The notes under the pieces: generated by a model | The model's database searches: none | The model's input: the letters and a program-made list of their open reading frames with translations, nothing else | What the model was told of the DNA's origin: nothing | Assembly: GCA_949288955.1 (NCBI GenBank) | Contig: CASEMS010000003.1 | Coordinates: 5,290 to 69,289, forward strand | Length of the DNA: 64,000 nt | From: an uncultured Lentisphaeraceae bacterium | Lineage (GTDB): Bacteria; Verrucomicrobiota; Kiritimatiellia; RFP12; DVOR01 | Direction: 5' to 3' | In this document: one piece after another, positions 18,020 through 27,363 of the stretch | Layout: each line of letters begins with the position of its first letter | Numbering within the stretch: the first letter of the stretch is position 1 | Translations under genes and position numbers: made by a program

Positions 18020-18102
18020 GGCTTGGCGGCTCGCCCAAAAGACTTCGGGGGCTGATCCTCCTCGAGTCGGCGGCTGATCCTCCTCGGGTCGGGGGCCGAT
18101 TG
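18020..18102. repeat. 22-bp palindromic repeat array (~4 degenerate units)
   Basis: Units near 18020, 18042, 18064, 18086, e.g. GAGTCGGCGGCTGATCC. Confidence 0.75.
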
Positions 18103-18190
18103 AGAAAGTGGGAGGGGCGCACGCTCCTTCCTTCGCGTCGCGTTGTATCCCCTACCCTTCCCCAGACAGGATCCGCTCGCGGCCAGACAA

Positions 18191-18451
18191 TCACCATTCC
18201 CACCAGAGGACGAACCAGAGCCAGGTGAGGCCTAACCAAAGGAGGACGGCGACGGCGACATAGTCGAGGTCGCGCCAGCCTTGCTTGGCGGTGGGATGGC
18301 AGAGCCAGAGCACGAAGGAGCCGATGGCGATGGAAAGCAGGAGGAAGGCGGTGGCAAAGAGGACGAAAAGACGGAAGCCGCCCGGGATGGGAAAGGCGAG
18401 GAGGTTGAGTGCCACCGTCAGCGCGAAGAAGAAGGCGCGCTTGGTTATCAT
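18191..18451 (-). CDS. Small 3-TM membrane protein
   Basis: MITKRAFFFALTVALNLLAF...; ATGA overlap with the upstream stop. Confidence 0.6.
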   Translation of the reverse strand: MITKRAFFFALTVALNLLAFPIPGGFRLFVLFATAFLLLSIAIGSFVLWLCHPTAKQGWRDLDYVAVAVLLWLGLTWLWFVLWWEW

Positions 18452-18840
18452 TGCACGCGTTCCACTTGGGCACGGGCGGCGGTAACGTGGACATCGTAGA
18501 TTGTCCCGACGGCGAAGATGAGGAGGATGGAGGCGCCCCAGAAGAGAATCCCGCCCCACATGATGGCAAGCCCAGCCCAGACGCGCCCTTTGGCGAAGAC
18601 CCATACGCCGACGAGGAACTGCGCCGCACAGAAGCCCATCTGCCCGAAGAAGGCGACGGGAATCGCCCAGACGGCGACCTGATGGGGCCAGCCAGAGGCA
18701 CGGCAGGTCGCCCACATCTCCGTCAACGCGGCGAAGAAGAGCGTCAAGCAGAGGAGTTGCGGCACGAAGGCCGCCCACCAGTGGGTCAGGCAGGTTCGGA
18801 AGGGCCAGGCAAGGGCATGGAGAAGGGTGGCGCGTCGCAT
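18448..18840 (-). CDS. Small membrane protein, paralogous to the N-terminus of 18845-19666
   Basis: LLHALAWPFRTCLTHWWAAFVP vs LLRALAWPFRACFSARWVAFVP. Confidence 0.7.
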   Translation of the reverse strand: MRRATLLHALAWPFRTCLTHWWAAFVPQLLCLTLFFAALTEMWATCRASGWPHQVAVWAIPVAFFGQMGFCAAQFLVGVWVFAKGRVWAGLAIMWGGILFWGASILLIFAVGTIYDVHVTAARAQVERVQ

Positions 18841-18844
18841 AGGG

Positions 18845-19666
18845 TCAGTGCATCCAGCCATCGAGGAGGTAGGTGCGTTGGAGAAGGGGGTCGCCGCCTT
18901 CGGCGGGTCGGATGGTAACGCGGACGCCGTAGTAGTCGCCCCAGTCGCCCTCGTAGAGCGTCAGCTCGGTGGTGCCCTCGGGGAGGGGCTTGCCGTCCCA
19001 ACCGGAGAGGACGCGGCCGCCAGGGTCGGAGGTGAGGGTGAGGGTGACGGGGCGGCCGAAGTGGGCGTCGAAGAGGTAGATGCCCGGCGACTGGCTGAGG
19101 CTCACGCGGAGGGAATCGCCGGGGGCGTCGAAGCGGAGGCGCGCGGCGGCGGCCTCGGGGCCGAGGCGGTCGGCAAGGAAGGTCTCGGCCTGGGAGTCGA
19201 GGCCATCGGGGCCCTCGGCGGCGACATAGAGGGGCATGGTCTCGGGGAGGGGCTGGCGTTTACCGAAGCCGTCGGGCAGGCGGCTGAGGATGAGCGCGGC
19301 GATGACAACCGTGATATTGCAGCCGAACCAGAGCACGGCGGCGGCGAGCGGTCCGAGGATGGCGACCGCCCAACCACCCGCATGGCCGCGGCTCCCCGTG
19401 GCGGACCAGAGCCCGCCCACCAACATCAGGAGGCCGAAGAAGGGCACGCCGACGAGGAAGAGCAGGAAGGCGGCGTAACCGACGTAACCGAGCACCGCGA
19501 GGGGCCACGGCCACAGCCCATATCGCCACATCAAATCCATCGCGCCGCAGAAGGCGAAGCCGGCCAGACCCATGAACGTCAGCGCAACAATGGGGACGAA
19601 GGCCACCCACCGCGCGGAGAAGCAGGCGCGGAAGGGCCAGGCCAGGGCACGGAGCAGGACACGCAT
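18845..19666 (-). CDS. Hypothetical membrane protein with soluble C-terminal domain
   Basis: 3 TM helices, then a domain ending YEGDWGDYYGVR...YLLDGWMH. Confidence 0.75.
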   Translation of the reverse strand: MRVLLRALAWPFRACFSARWVAFVPIVALTFMGLAGFAFCGAMDLMWRYGLWPWPLAVLGYVGYAAFLLFLVGVPFFGLLMLVGGLWSATGSRGHAGGWAVAILGPLAAAVLWFGCNITVVIAALILSRLPDGFGKRQPLPETMPLYVAAEGPDGLDSQAETFLADRLGPEAAAARLRFDAPGDSLRVSLSQSPGIYLFDAHFGRPVTLTLTSDPGGRVLSGWDGKPLPEGTTELTLYEGDWGDYYGVRVTIRPAEGGDPLLQRTYLLDGWMH

Positions 19667-19669
19667 GGC

Positions 19670-20137
19670 TCACTCCCAGAGTCCGGAGGCGGCGGGGAAG
19701 GCGACCTCCTCGCGGAGGAGGATGGTGCCTTTGCCGTAGATGAGGTCGATGAAAGCGTCCTCCAGGAGAACGCGTTCCTCGCGGGTCTCGGTCGTGAGGC
19801 CGAGTTCGCCCTCGGGGAGGTCGCGGGCGGCGAGGGTGTAGTTGCTGGCGGGGAGGCGGGAGGTCGGCTCGGGGGCGTAGGCGTCGAGCCGCGCGTAGGC
19901 ATTGACGCGGTGGAAGGGGTCGGGGCGGTTCTCGGGGGCGGGGTTGGGGTCGACCCAGCCGGCGGTGGAGCGGGAGAGCGCGGTCTCGCCGGCCTCCAGG
20001 CGGACATCGCGGCGGAGGCGGAGCTGACGGAGGGAGAGGGAACCGAGGGTGGTGACGCCGAAGATGAGGATAAGGAACACGACGAGCATGACGGTAAGCT
20101 CGGCGAGCGCCTGGCCGCGTTGGGGGCGGGGGGTCAT
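19670..20137 (-). CDS. TadE/pseudopilin-like protein
   Basis: Prepilin-type N-terminus QRG/QALAELTVMLVVFLILIFG; ATGA overlap with the upstream gene. Confidence 0.7.
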   Translation of the reverse strand: MTPRPQRGQALAELTVMLVVFLILIFGVTTLGSLSLRQLRLRRDVRLEAGETALSRSTAGWVDPNPAPENRPDPFHRVNAYARLDAYAPEPTSRLPASNYTLAARDLPEGELGLTTETREERVLLEDAFIDLIYGKGTILLREEVAFPAASGLWE

Positions 20138-20892
20138 TGGCCGGTGTAAAGGCGGGTGATGAGGCGGCCGGGGAGGCCGGCCTCCTCGATGCGGCGGACG
20201 GCGGACTCGATGTCGTAGTCGACGCGGCGGAACTCGATGGAAAGTTTGGTGAGGCCCTCGGTGGTGTAGATGAGATAGCACGCGCGGGGGTCGCCATCGC
20301 GGGGCTGGCCGACGGAGCCGACGTTGATGAAGTAGGTGCCCTGACGAAGGAGGCCGTCGGAGGGGCCGACCTTGACAATCGCGCTGCGGTCACCGCCGGG
20401 GGCGCGCAGGAAGATGCAGGGGACGTGGGTGTGGCCGTGGAAGCAGACGCGGGTGCGCTGGCAGTTGAAGGAGTCGGCGGCGTCGAGGGTGTCGAAGGCG
20501 TAGCGGAAGTGCTCGGGGCTGTCGAGCGTGGAGTGGACGATGGTGAAGCCCATGAGCGTGGCGGTGAAGGGGAGCTCGCGGAGCCAGCGGGTGTCGTCCT
20601 CGCTGATGTTGCGGCGGGTCCACTCGATGACGCTGGCGGCGTTGGGCTGGAAGTCGTCGAGATTGACGGAGGGGTCGGAGCAGTAGTGGTCGTGGTTGCC
20701 CTTGACGACCTTGCAGCCAAGCTCGCGGACGCGGCGGATGCACTGGGAGGGGGCGGCGTTGTAGCCGACGACGTCACCAAGGCAGACGATGTCATCCACG
20801 CCCTGGGCCTTGGCGTCGGCAAGGACGGCGTCGAGGGCCTCGATGTTGGCGTGGATGTCGCTGATGATGGCGTATCGGCGGGGACGTGGCAT
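20134..20892 (-). CDS. Metallophosphoesterase (YfcE/MJ0936-like)
   Basis: ISDIHAN, LGDVVGY, GNHD, GHTH, NVGSVGQPRDGDPRACY. Confidence 0.92.
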   Translation of the reverse strand: MPRPRRYAIISDIHANIEALDAVLADAKAQGVDDIVCLGDVVGYNAAPSQCIRRVRELGCKVVKGNHDHYCSDPSVNLDDFQPNAASVIEWTRRNISEDDTRWLRELPFTATLMGFTIVHSTLDSPEHFRYAFDTLDAADSFNCQRTRVCFHGHTHVPCIFLRAPGGDRSAIVKVGPSDGLLRQGTYFINVGSVGQPRDGDPRACYLIYTTEGLTKLSIEFRRVDYDIESAVRRIEEAGLPGRLITRLYTGQ

Positions 20893-20903
20893 AAAGGGGA
20901 TCC

Positions 20904-21590
20904 TCAGTTGAGGCGGAGGATGGCGGCCGCGATGGTGAGGTCGATGGGGGTGGTGATCTTGGGGTTGGGCTCATCCCACTTGACGAGGCGGGTGGTCTCG
21001 CCGGCGGCCTCAAGGAGGGCGGAGTCGTCGGTGTAGGTGTGGGCCTTGTCGGCGGCGAGGCGGGCGTAGGCGGCCAAGAGTTTGTCGGCGGCGAAGGCTT
21101 GGGGGGTCTGGACGGCCCAGAGGGTGGCGCGGTCGGGGGTGGATTCGACGGTCATGCCCTTGCCCACGACCTTGATGGTGTCGGCCACGGGATGCGCGGC
21201 GACGCCACTGCCGAAACGCTTGGCGTACTTCAGCGTCTCGCGGATCAGCTCAGGGGTGATGCAGGGGCGGGCGGCGTCGTGGATGACGACATAGCGGGTG
21301 GCGACGGGCTCGACCTCTTTGAGCGCGGCGGCCACGGAATCCTGCCGGCGCACGCCGCCGATGACGATTGTCTGGAGCTTGCTGATGCCGAACATGGTCT
21401 GGAGTCCGCGCGCGGCGACGAGCTGATCCTTGCGGACGGTGAGGATGATCTTGTCGACCTCCTTGCACTTCTCGAAGGCAAGGAGCGACCAAGCGACGAC
21501 GGGGCGCGGCCCGAGAGAAAGGAAGCACTTGTCAAGGCCGGCGCCCATGCGGGTGCCTTTGCCGGAGGCGAGAATGATGGCGGTGACCAT
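20904..21590 (-). CDS. ispD: 2-C-methyl-D-erythritol 4-phosphate cytidylyltransferase
   Basis: AIILASGKGTRMG, GGVRRQDSV, IHDAARP, QTPQAF, TDDS, KITTPIDL. Confidence 0.95.
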   Translation of the reverse strand: MVTAIILASGKGTRMGAGLDKCFLSLGPRPVVAWSLLAFEKCKEVDKIILTVRKDQLVAARGLQTMFGISKLQTIVIGGVRRQDSVAAALKEVEPVATRYVVIHDAARPCITPELIRETLKYAKRFGSGVAAHPVADTIKVVGKGMTVESTPDRATLWAVQTPQAFAADKLLAAYARLAADKAHTYTDDSALLEAAGETTRLVKWDEPNPKITTPIDLTIAAAILRLN

Positions 21591-21601
21591 GAGGTGCTCC
21601 T

Positions 21602-21994
21602 TTATGCGTTTAGGGTGTCTCCGGGGGTGAGTTCTATCGAGATCGCCGTGCCTTCGCCGTGGGCGTACCAACGATCGCCATCCGCCCGAAGCGTCACCCC
21701 GGAGCCCTCAATCAGCGGCGCCGTGCCGTAGGTCAGCGAAAATCCCACGACGGCATTCGCCCCCAACGCCTGTGCCTTGGTCTTGATGGCACGCAGGACA
21801 TCGCGCTCCAACTGCGCCATGATGGCCTCGTAAACGCCGTAACGGCCCTTGTCGAAGTCGAAGTCCTCATCGAAACGGCGGCTCGCCAAATGCGCAGCCT
21901 CCCAAACGGCGTTCGCGGCGACAAACCCATGGATGGCCACGGGTGTGCGATCCGCCACCGTTGGGGTGGTAACGATGAGGACGGGGGCACTCAC
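21602..21994 (-). CDS. YbjQ/UPF0145-like protein
   Basis: IVTTPTV...KAQALGANAVVG...GTAI. Confidence 0.7.
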   Translation of the reverse strand: MSAPVLIVTTPTVADRTPVAIHGFVAANAVWEAAHLASRRFDEDFDFDKGRYGVYEAIMAQLERDVLRAIKTKAQALGANAVVGFSLTYGTAPLIEGSGVTLRADGDRWYAHGEGTAISIELTPGDTLNA

Positions 21995-24078
21995 GGGGTC
22001 TCTTCCTGCTTGACGGCGAGATGGTGGAGCGTCTCAGGTGGGAGGGAGGCGCCGGGCGCGGGGGGCGTGCGGCGGATGACGAGGGCGGTGCGGGCGGGGG
22101 CGTAGACGTGGATGGCGAAGCAGACCTCGTTGGCGCGTTCGATGGTGGTGAGGGGATAGTCCTGCCCCGCCTGGATGCGTCCGAAGCCGCCGAAGGCCGT
22201 GGCGTCCGTGTCGAGGACATGGACGTAGCCGCCGGGCGGGACGATGAGGGGATAGTCGGCGAAGGACAGCTCACCGTGGAAGTTGAAGACGAAGAGCAGG
22301 TCGCCGCGCATGAAGGCGAGCACCTTGTCGTCATCGCTGGCGAAGATGCGCTTGGGATAATCCTCTCCGTCGAGGACGCCCTCGGAACGGACGAGGTGAA
22401 TCATGGCCTCGTCGAAGTCGCCAAGGGCCTTGAAGTAGAGTTTGGGGTCGTCGCGGAGAGACCACTGACGGCGGGCGTAGTGATAACTGTTGCCGTTGCC
22501 CTCGCGGGGGAAGTCGATCCACTCGGGGTGGCCGAACTCGTTGCCCATGAAGTTGAGGTAGGCACAGCAGCAGCCCAGCGTGGCAAGGCGGGCCATCTTG
22601 TGCAGGGCGATGCCGCGGTCGACGTAGAGATTGCCCGAGCCGACGTGCATGGCGCTGTACATCTCCTTGTCGATCATCTGGAAGATGAAGGACTTGCCGC
22701 CCACGAGCGCCTGGTCGTGGGACTCCACGTAACTCACCGTCCGCTCGTCGGCACGCCGATTGGTAAGCTCATGCCAGAGGAAACCGACCGACCAATCCTC
22801 GTCGCGGACGTCTCGGACAAGCTTGAACCAACACTCGGGCACGCCCATCGCCATGCGATAGTCGAAGCCGACGCCGTTCTCGGCGAGGGGTGCGCCAATG
22901 CCGGGCATCCCGCTGACGTCCTCGGCCACGGTGAGCGCGTCGGGGCGGACGGTGTGGATGACGGCGTTGGCGAGGGTGAGATAGGTGTAGGCGTCCTCAT
23001 CCACCGAGCCATCGAAGTACATCCCGTAGTTGGAGAAGTCCACGCCCAAGCCGTGGTGGAGGTAGAGCATGGAGGTGACGCCGTCGAAGCGGAAGCCATC
23101 GAAGCGGTACTCATCCAGCCAGAAGCGGCAGTTGGAGAGCAGGAAGTGGAGGACGTCGGTCTTGCCGTAGTCGAAGCAACGGGAGTCCCAGGCATCGTGC
23201 CAACCGCGGGAGCCGTCGTGGAAATATTGGTAAGGCGTGCCGTCGAAGAGGGAGAGCCCGTCGCGCTCGTTCTTGACGGCGTGGGAGTGAACGATGTCCA
23301 TGATGACGGCCAAGCCCATGCCGTGGGCCTTATCGACGAGCGCCTTGAGCTCCTCGGGCGTGCCGAAACGCGAGCTGGCGGCGAAGAAGCTGGAGACGTG
23401 ATAGCCGAAGCTCCCGTAGTACGGGTGCTCCATGATGCCCATCAGCTGAAGCGTGTTGTAGCCCGCCTGCTTGATGCGCGGCAGGATCTTCTCGGCGAAC
23501 TCGGTGTAGGTGCCGACGCCCTCGCGCTCCTGCGCCATGCCCACGTGCGCCTCATAGATGAGGGGGGCCTTGCCGGGGTCTCGGGCGAAAGGGTGCTCCC
23601 ACGCGTAAGCTTTCTCCGGCTGCCAGACCTGCGCGGCGAAGAGGCCGGTGCGCGGATCCTGCACCACCCGCCGGGCATAGGCGGGGATACGCTCGCCACG
23701 CCCACCGTCCCAACAGACCTCCAGGTGCCAGAACTGCCCATGCGCCATCGCCTCGGGAGGGCCTTTCCACTCGAAGACGTCGCGGCCAGGGATGCGTTCG
23801 GCACGATAGGCGAGGGTACGCTCCCAGCCGTTGAAGTCGCCCACCAACCAGATTTCGGTGGCGTGGGGGGCCCATTCGCGGAAGACCCACCCCTCGTCCG
23901 TGCGATGAAGGCCATAGAACTCATGGGCGCTGGCGAAGTCCGCCAACGCGCGAAGGTTCCCGGCACCGCCGGCGAGGCGCGCCGCCACGCCGCGCGCACG
24001 CTCGGCGCGGCGTTCGATGAGGTCGGCGTAAGGGGCCAACCAAGGGTCGTCGGAGAGGCGGGCGCGCGGGGCGGGCAT
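21991..24078 (-). CDS. glgB: 1,4-alpha-glucan branching enzyme (GH13)
   Basis: FREWAP, IYEAHVGM, EHPYYGSFGYHV, DGFRFDGVTSM, AEDVSGMP, YVESHDQALVG, LNFMGNEFGHPEWIDFPR. Confidence 0.95.
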   Translation of the reverse strand: MPAPRARLSDDPWLAPYADLIERRAERARGVAARLAGGAGNLRALADFASAHEFYGLHRTDEGWVFREWAPHATEIWLVGDFNGWERTLAYRAERIPGRDVFEWKGPPEAMAHGQFWHLEVCWDGGRGERIPAYARRVVQDPRTGLFAAQVWQPEKAYAWEHPFARDPGKAPLIYEAHVGMAQEREGVGTYTEFAEKILPRIKQAGYNTLQLMGIMEHPYYGSFGYHVSSFFAASSRFGTPEELKALVDKAHGMGLAVIMDIVHSHAVKNERDGLSLFDGTPYQYFHDGSRGWHDAWDSRCFDYGKTDVLHFLLSNCRFWLDEYRFDGFRFDGVTSMLYLHHGLGVDFSNYGMYFDGSVDEDAYTYLTLANAVIHTVRPDALTVAEDVSGMPGIGAPLAENGVGFDYRMAMGVPECWFKLVRDVRDEDWSVGFLWHELTNRRADERTVSYVESHDQALVGGKSFIFQMIDKEMYSAMHVGSGNLYVDRGIALHKMARLATLGCCCAYLNFMGNEFGHPEWIDFPREGNGNSYHYARRQWSLRDDPKLYFKALGDFDEAMIHLVRSEGVLDGEDYPKRIFASDDDKVLAFMRGDLLFVFNFHGELSFADYPLIVPPGGYVHVLDTDATAFGGFGRIQAGQDYPLTTIERANEVCFAIHVYAPARTALVIRRTPPAPGASLPPETLHHLAVKQEETP

Positions 24079-24081
24079 GGC

Positions 24082-25650
24082 TCAGTGTCCTTCGTGATAG
24101 GGGTTCTGCTCGGCGTGCTCACCGTCGAAGAGTTCGGTGAGGGGGCGCTGGAGCATCTCCTCGTAAATCTTGATGTACTCGGCGGCGCAACGCTCGTGGT
24201 TGAAGCGGCGCTTGGACTCCTCCATGATACGCGCCACCTGCGCCTCGCGGACGTCGGTGGGCAGGCGGTAGAAGTCCATGGCGCGGTCGATGGCCCAAGC
24301 CAACCCTTCGCTGTCGTAATACTTGAAGGGGAAGCCATTGCCCGTGCCGTGCTCCACGTCCAGGAGCTCGACGGTGTCATGCAGGCCGCCGGTGTCGTGG
24401 GCGACGGTGAGGGAGCCGTAGATCGGCGCCACCATCTGCGGCAGGCCGCACGGCTCGAAGAGCGAAGGCATGAGCGTGAAGTCGCTGGAGGCATAGCCCA
24501 GGCGCGAGATGTGCTCGTCGAAGTCGCAGACCGCCAGGCGACCGTAGAGATTGTGGAAGCCCAGGATGTCGCGGAAGGCCTGCTGATAGGGGCCGTTGGC
24601 GACGATCGCGAACTGGATGTTGTCGTCGCGATACTTCTCAAGCGTCTTGTAGAGGATGTCCGTGAGCAGCTGCGGGCCCTTCTGCACGGGGTCGAGGCGG
24701 CTGGGCCAGAAGAAGAGCGGCGCGTCGGGGTTCTTGAAGAGGCCCACCTTCTCCTGGAACTGCATCTTGTTGGAGATCTTCGCCGCGTGATGGGTGCGCG
24801 CGTCGTAGTTCACCTTCAGGTTGGGGTCGGTCTCGGGGTTGTAGCTATCGTCGGGCGCGTTGAGGATGCCGCGCGCGCAACCGGCGTTGTACTTGGAGAT
24901 GACCTCGTTGCGGAACTGGCCGGGGATGAAATCGAACCACCCCCGCACAATTTCCTCCAGGAAGGTCGGCGACACCGAGTTGATGTAGTGCGAGGCAAAG
25001 ACGCCCGAGGTCAGGAAGTCCACCGGGTTCGTGTCGCGGCTCTCGAAGTAGTCATAAGGCGGACGCGAGTAGTAAAGGTTCTTCCAGAACTCCGCCGCGT
25101 CGATGCCCGCATACTCCACCTCACCCAGGCAACGGTGCACCGTGTGGATGTTGTGGATGGTGAAGAGGCAGGGGATGCCCAGGCGGCGCGCCGCCGCGGG
25201 GATGAGGCCCGTCATCCAGTCGTTGCAATGGATCAGGTCTGGCTGGACGGTCGGGATGATGTTGTTGATGACCTCACGCTGGAAGGCGAGGGAGAGGTGC
25301 GGGTTCTCGTCGCCCTGCGCGTAGACCGTGTCGCGATAATAGAAGCAACGATCCTCGGCCAGATGGATGCGCGAGTCGGGCAGGTGCGCCTGATACTTGC
25401 GCAACTCATCGCTGATGAGGCGCCCCACGTCCACATGGAACATCCGGCGGTAATGCGGCAGGGCCACATGGACATCCGCCCCCAACTTGAAGAGGCTTGC
25501 CACGAGGCTGGCCGAGACATCCGCCAGGCCGCCGGCCTTGGCGCTCAGCTTGTCGGCCATGTTGCCCATGCCTGCGGGGAGATAGGTGATCTCCGGGGTG
25601 ACGATCAGGATTCGGGGTTTGCGCTGCCCGGGTTGCTTGGTCTGAGACAT
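24082..25650 (-). CDS. glgA: Glycogen/starch synthase (GT5)
   Basis: KAGGLADV, IHCNDW, FTIHN, SRLDPVQKG, MPSLFEPCGLPQM, TGGLHDTV. Confidence 0.95.
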   Translation of the reverse strand: MSQTKQPGQRKPRILIVTPEITYLPAGMGNMADKLSAKAGGLADVSASLVASLFKLGADVHVALPHYRRMFHVDVGRLISDELRKYQAHLPDSRIHLAEDRCFYYRDTVYAQGDENPHLSLAFQREVINNIIPTVQPDLIHCNDWMTGLIPAAARRLGIPCLFTIHNIHTVHRCLGEVEYAGIDAAEFWKNLYYSRPPYDYFESRDTNPVDFLTSGVFASHYINSVSPTFLEEIVRGWFDFIPGQFRNEVISKYNAGCARGILNAPDDSYNPETDPNLKVNYDARTHHAAKISNKMQFQEKVGLFKNPDAPLFFWPSRLDPVQKGPQLLTDILYKTLEKYRDDNIQFAIVANGPYQQAFRDILGFHNLYGRLAVCDFDEHISRLGYASSDFTLMPSLFEPCGLPQMVAPIYGSLTVAHDTGGLHDTVELLDVEHGTGNGFPFKYYDSEGLAWAIDRAMDFYRLPTDVREAQVARIMEESKRRFNHERCAAEYIKIYEEMLQRPLTELFDGEHAEQNPYHEGH

Positions 25651-25670
25651 AATGTCCGCTCCTCCTTCAA

Positions 25671-26123
25671 TCATTCCGTCTTCGGCGCCGCCTGGTTCGC
25701 CTTGCGCATGGAAGGCGGCAACAACTCATTGCGCAACACATCAAGCCGTTCGCTGTTCGCCGCCCGAACCGCGTCCAACGCCACGATTTCGGGGGCCTTC
25801 TCCGAGGCCTTCGCGATTTTCTCGTCCAACGCCTCCACCTGCTTCAGCAGGGCCTGCCGCTCCGCCCGAAGGGCCTCCGTCTCGTCCGTCCGCAAAGTCC
25901 CCGAACGGATCTTCTTCGCGCGCTCACGCTCCAGCCTGACGCCATAGTCCTGGCGCAGGAGATACTCCATCTCCAACCGTCTGCGGGGGGTTGTCTCTTT
26001 GGCGGCCTGCTCGGCGATACGCGCCTCCTGGGCCTTCGCGTATGCCGCGACCGCCGCATCCTCCGCGACCGCCGACCCAAAGGCCAGCGTCGCGCACACC
26101 AAAGCAAGCCAAACGCGCTTCAT
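25671..26123 (-). CDS. Hypothetical exported helical protein
   Basis: Signal peptide MKRVWLALVCATLAFGSAVA; coiled coil; AGGA RBS. Confidence 0.7.
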   Translation of the reverse strand: MKRVWLALVCATLAFGSAVAEDAAVAAYAKAQEARIAEQAAKETTPRRRLEMEYLLRQDYGVRLERERAKKIRSGTLRTDETEALRAERQALLKQVEALDEKIAKASEKAPEIVALDAVRAANSERLDVLRNELLPPSMRKANQAAPKTE

Positions 26124-26215
26124 GCTTTCTTCCTATAACGACCTTGACATAACAAAGTATGCCCCATCGCAAGCAAAAAAGCAAGCGGAAACGCACCGCC
26201 CGCGCGTTTTTTTTC

Positions 26216-27319
26216 TTATCGCGTCTCCCCGCCATCCGCCCCGCGCAACGTCAGCACCGTGATTTCCGAGGGGTAGAGGCGGTAAGGGAAGCCCAGCCAG
26301 ACGCCGCACCCCGGCGCCACGAAGAGGCGCATCCCGCGCGGCAACGCGTACCATCCGCGCACGAAACCAAGGTTGGGGCGGGCGATCGCCAACGCCACCC
26401 CGGGCAGCTGACCCCCATGCGTGTGCCCGGAGAGTTGCAGGCGCACCCCCAGCGCGTCCGCCTCCGGGGCGATGCCAGGCTTGTGCGCCACCAGCACCGG
26501 GAAGACGCCCGGCGGCAACTTCCCCATCAACCCGCGCAACAACGCGGCCTCATCCCCCAGCCGCGTCAGCGACCGCCTGTCCGGCAACCCCACCAAGCCC
26601 AACCCGCGCACCGTCGCCGTCGCCCCGTCCAACACGCGGATCCCGAGCCGTTCGTAGAGGCGCAGGTAGGCCTCCGTCTCGAAATAATGCTCATGGTTCC
26701 CCGTGACCAGGAACTTCCCCTCCGGCGCGCGGAGTCCGCCCAACGGCGCCAGATCGCCCTCCCGCAACGCGATGGGGCCGTCCGCCTGATCGCCCGTGAA
26801 GAGGATCAGATCCGGCTTCGCCGCGTTCACCCGCGCCACCAGGCGTTCGCACCAGGCCCGCCCCCGCCAACGATCCACATGGGCGTCGGCCAGCACCGCC
26901 ACGCGCAGCCCCTCCGCCTCCGCCGGCAAGCCGGGCAGGACGGCCACGCGCTCGCGCACCGGCGGCGTCCGCTCCCCCATCCACACCAAGAACGCCCCCA
27001 TCGCCGCGCCCAACGCCAACGGCCACCACCCGCTCACCGCCACGTGGCAGAGCCGCAACGCCAGCCAGACGACCGTCAGCCCGCCCGCCGTAAGCAGGAA
27101 GGCCGTCCCCCACAGGAAGAGCGCCACCAAGGGCAACGGCAGCGCGTCCGGCGAGAGCATCGAGGCACCGAAGGCGCGGTGCGCCAGGGTCTGCTGGGCC
27201 AACGCCACCAACGCCACGCCCACCAACGCCACCCCCCACCGCGGCAGGCCCAACGCCCGCACCGGGCCGAGCGTAACCAGCACCGCCAACAACGAACAGA
27301 AGAGATTGATCCCGAGCAT
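26216..27319 (-). CDS. Membrane-anchored metallophosphoesterase (YkuE/YaeI-like)
   Basis: N-terminal TM helices; DAH, TGD, GNHE, LSGHTHGGQ, PSEITVLTL. Confidence 0.9.
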   Translation of the reverse strand: MLGINLFCSLLAVLVTLGPVRALGLPRWGVALVGVALVALAQQTLAHRAFGASMLSPDALPLPLVALFLWGTAFLLTAGGLTVVWLALRLCHVAVSGWWPLALGAAMGAFLVWMGERTPPVRERVAVLPGLPAEAEGLRVAVLADAHVDRWRGRAWCERLVARVNAAKPDLILFTGDQADGPIALREGDLAPLGGLRAPEGKFLVTGNHEHYFETEAYLRLYERLGIRVLDGATATVRGLGLVGLPDRRSLTRLGDEAALLRGLMGKLPPGVFPVLVAHKPGIAPEADALGVRLQLSGHTHGGQLPGVALAIARPNLGFVRGWYALPRGMRLFVAPGCGVWLGFPYRLYPSEITVLTLRGADGGETR

Positions 27320-27363
27320 GGCGCGTTCGTTTGTGAGTGTGTCCCCGCCGAGGGCCCGCCCCG

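Noticed and set aside
22021-25947. Very long ORFs such as 22021-25947(+), 35176-39579(-), 42635-47146(+), 5538-8264(-), 57-1727(+)
   Set aside because: Antisense shadows of clearly recognisable genes; expected at ~70% GC with strong codon bias; no motifs of their own.
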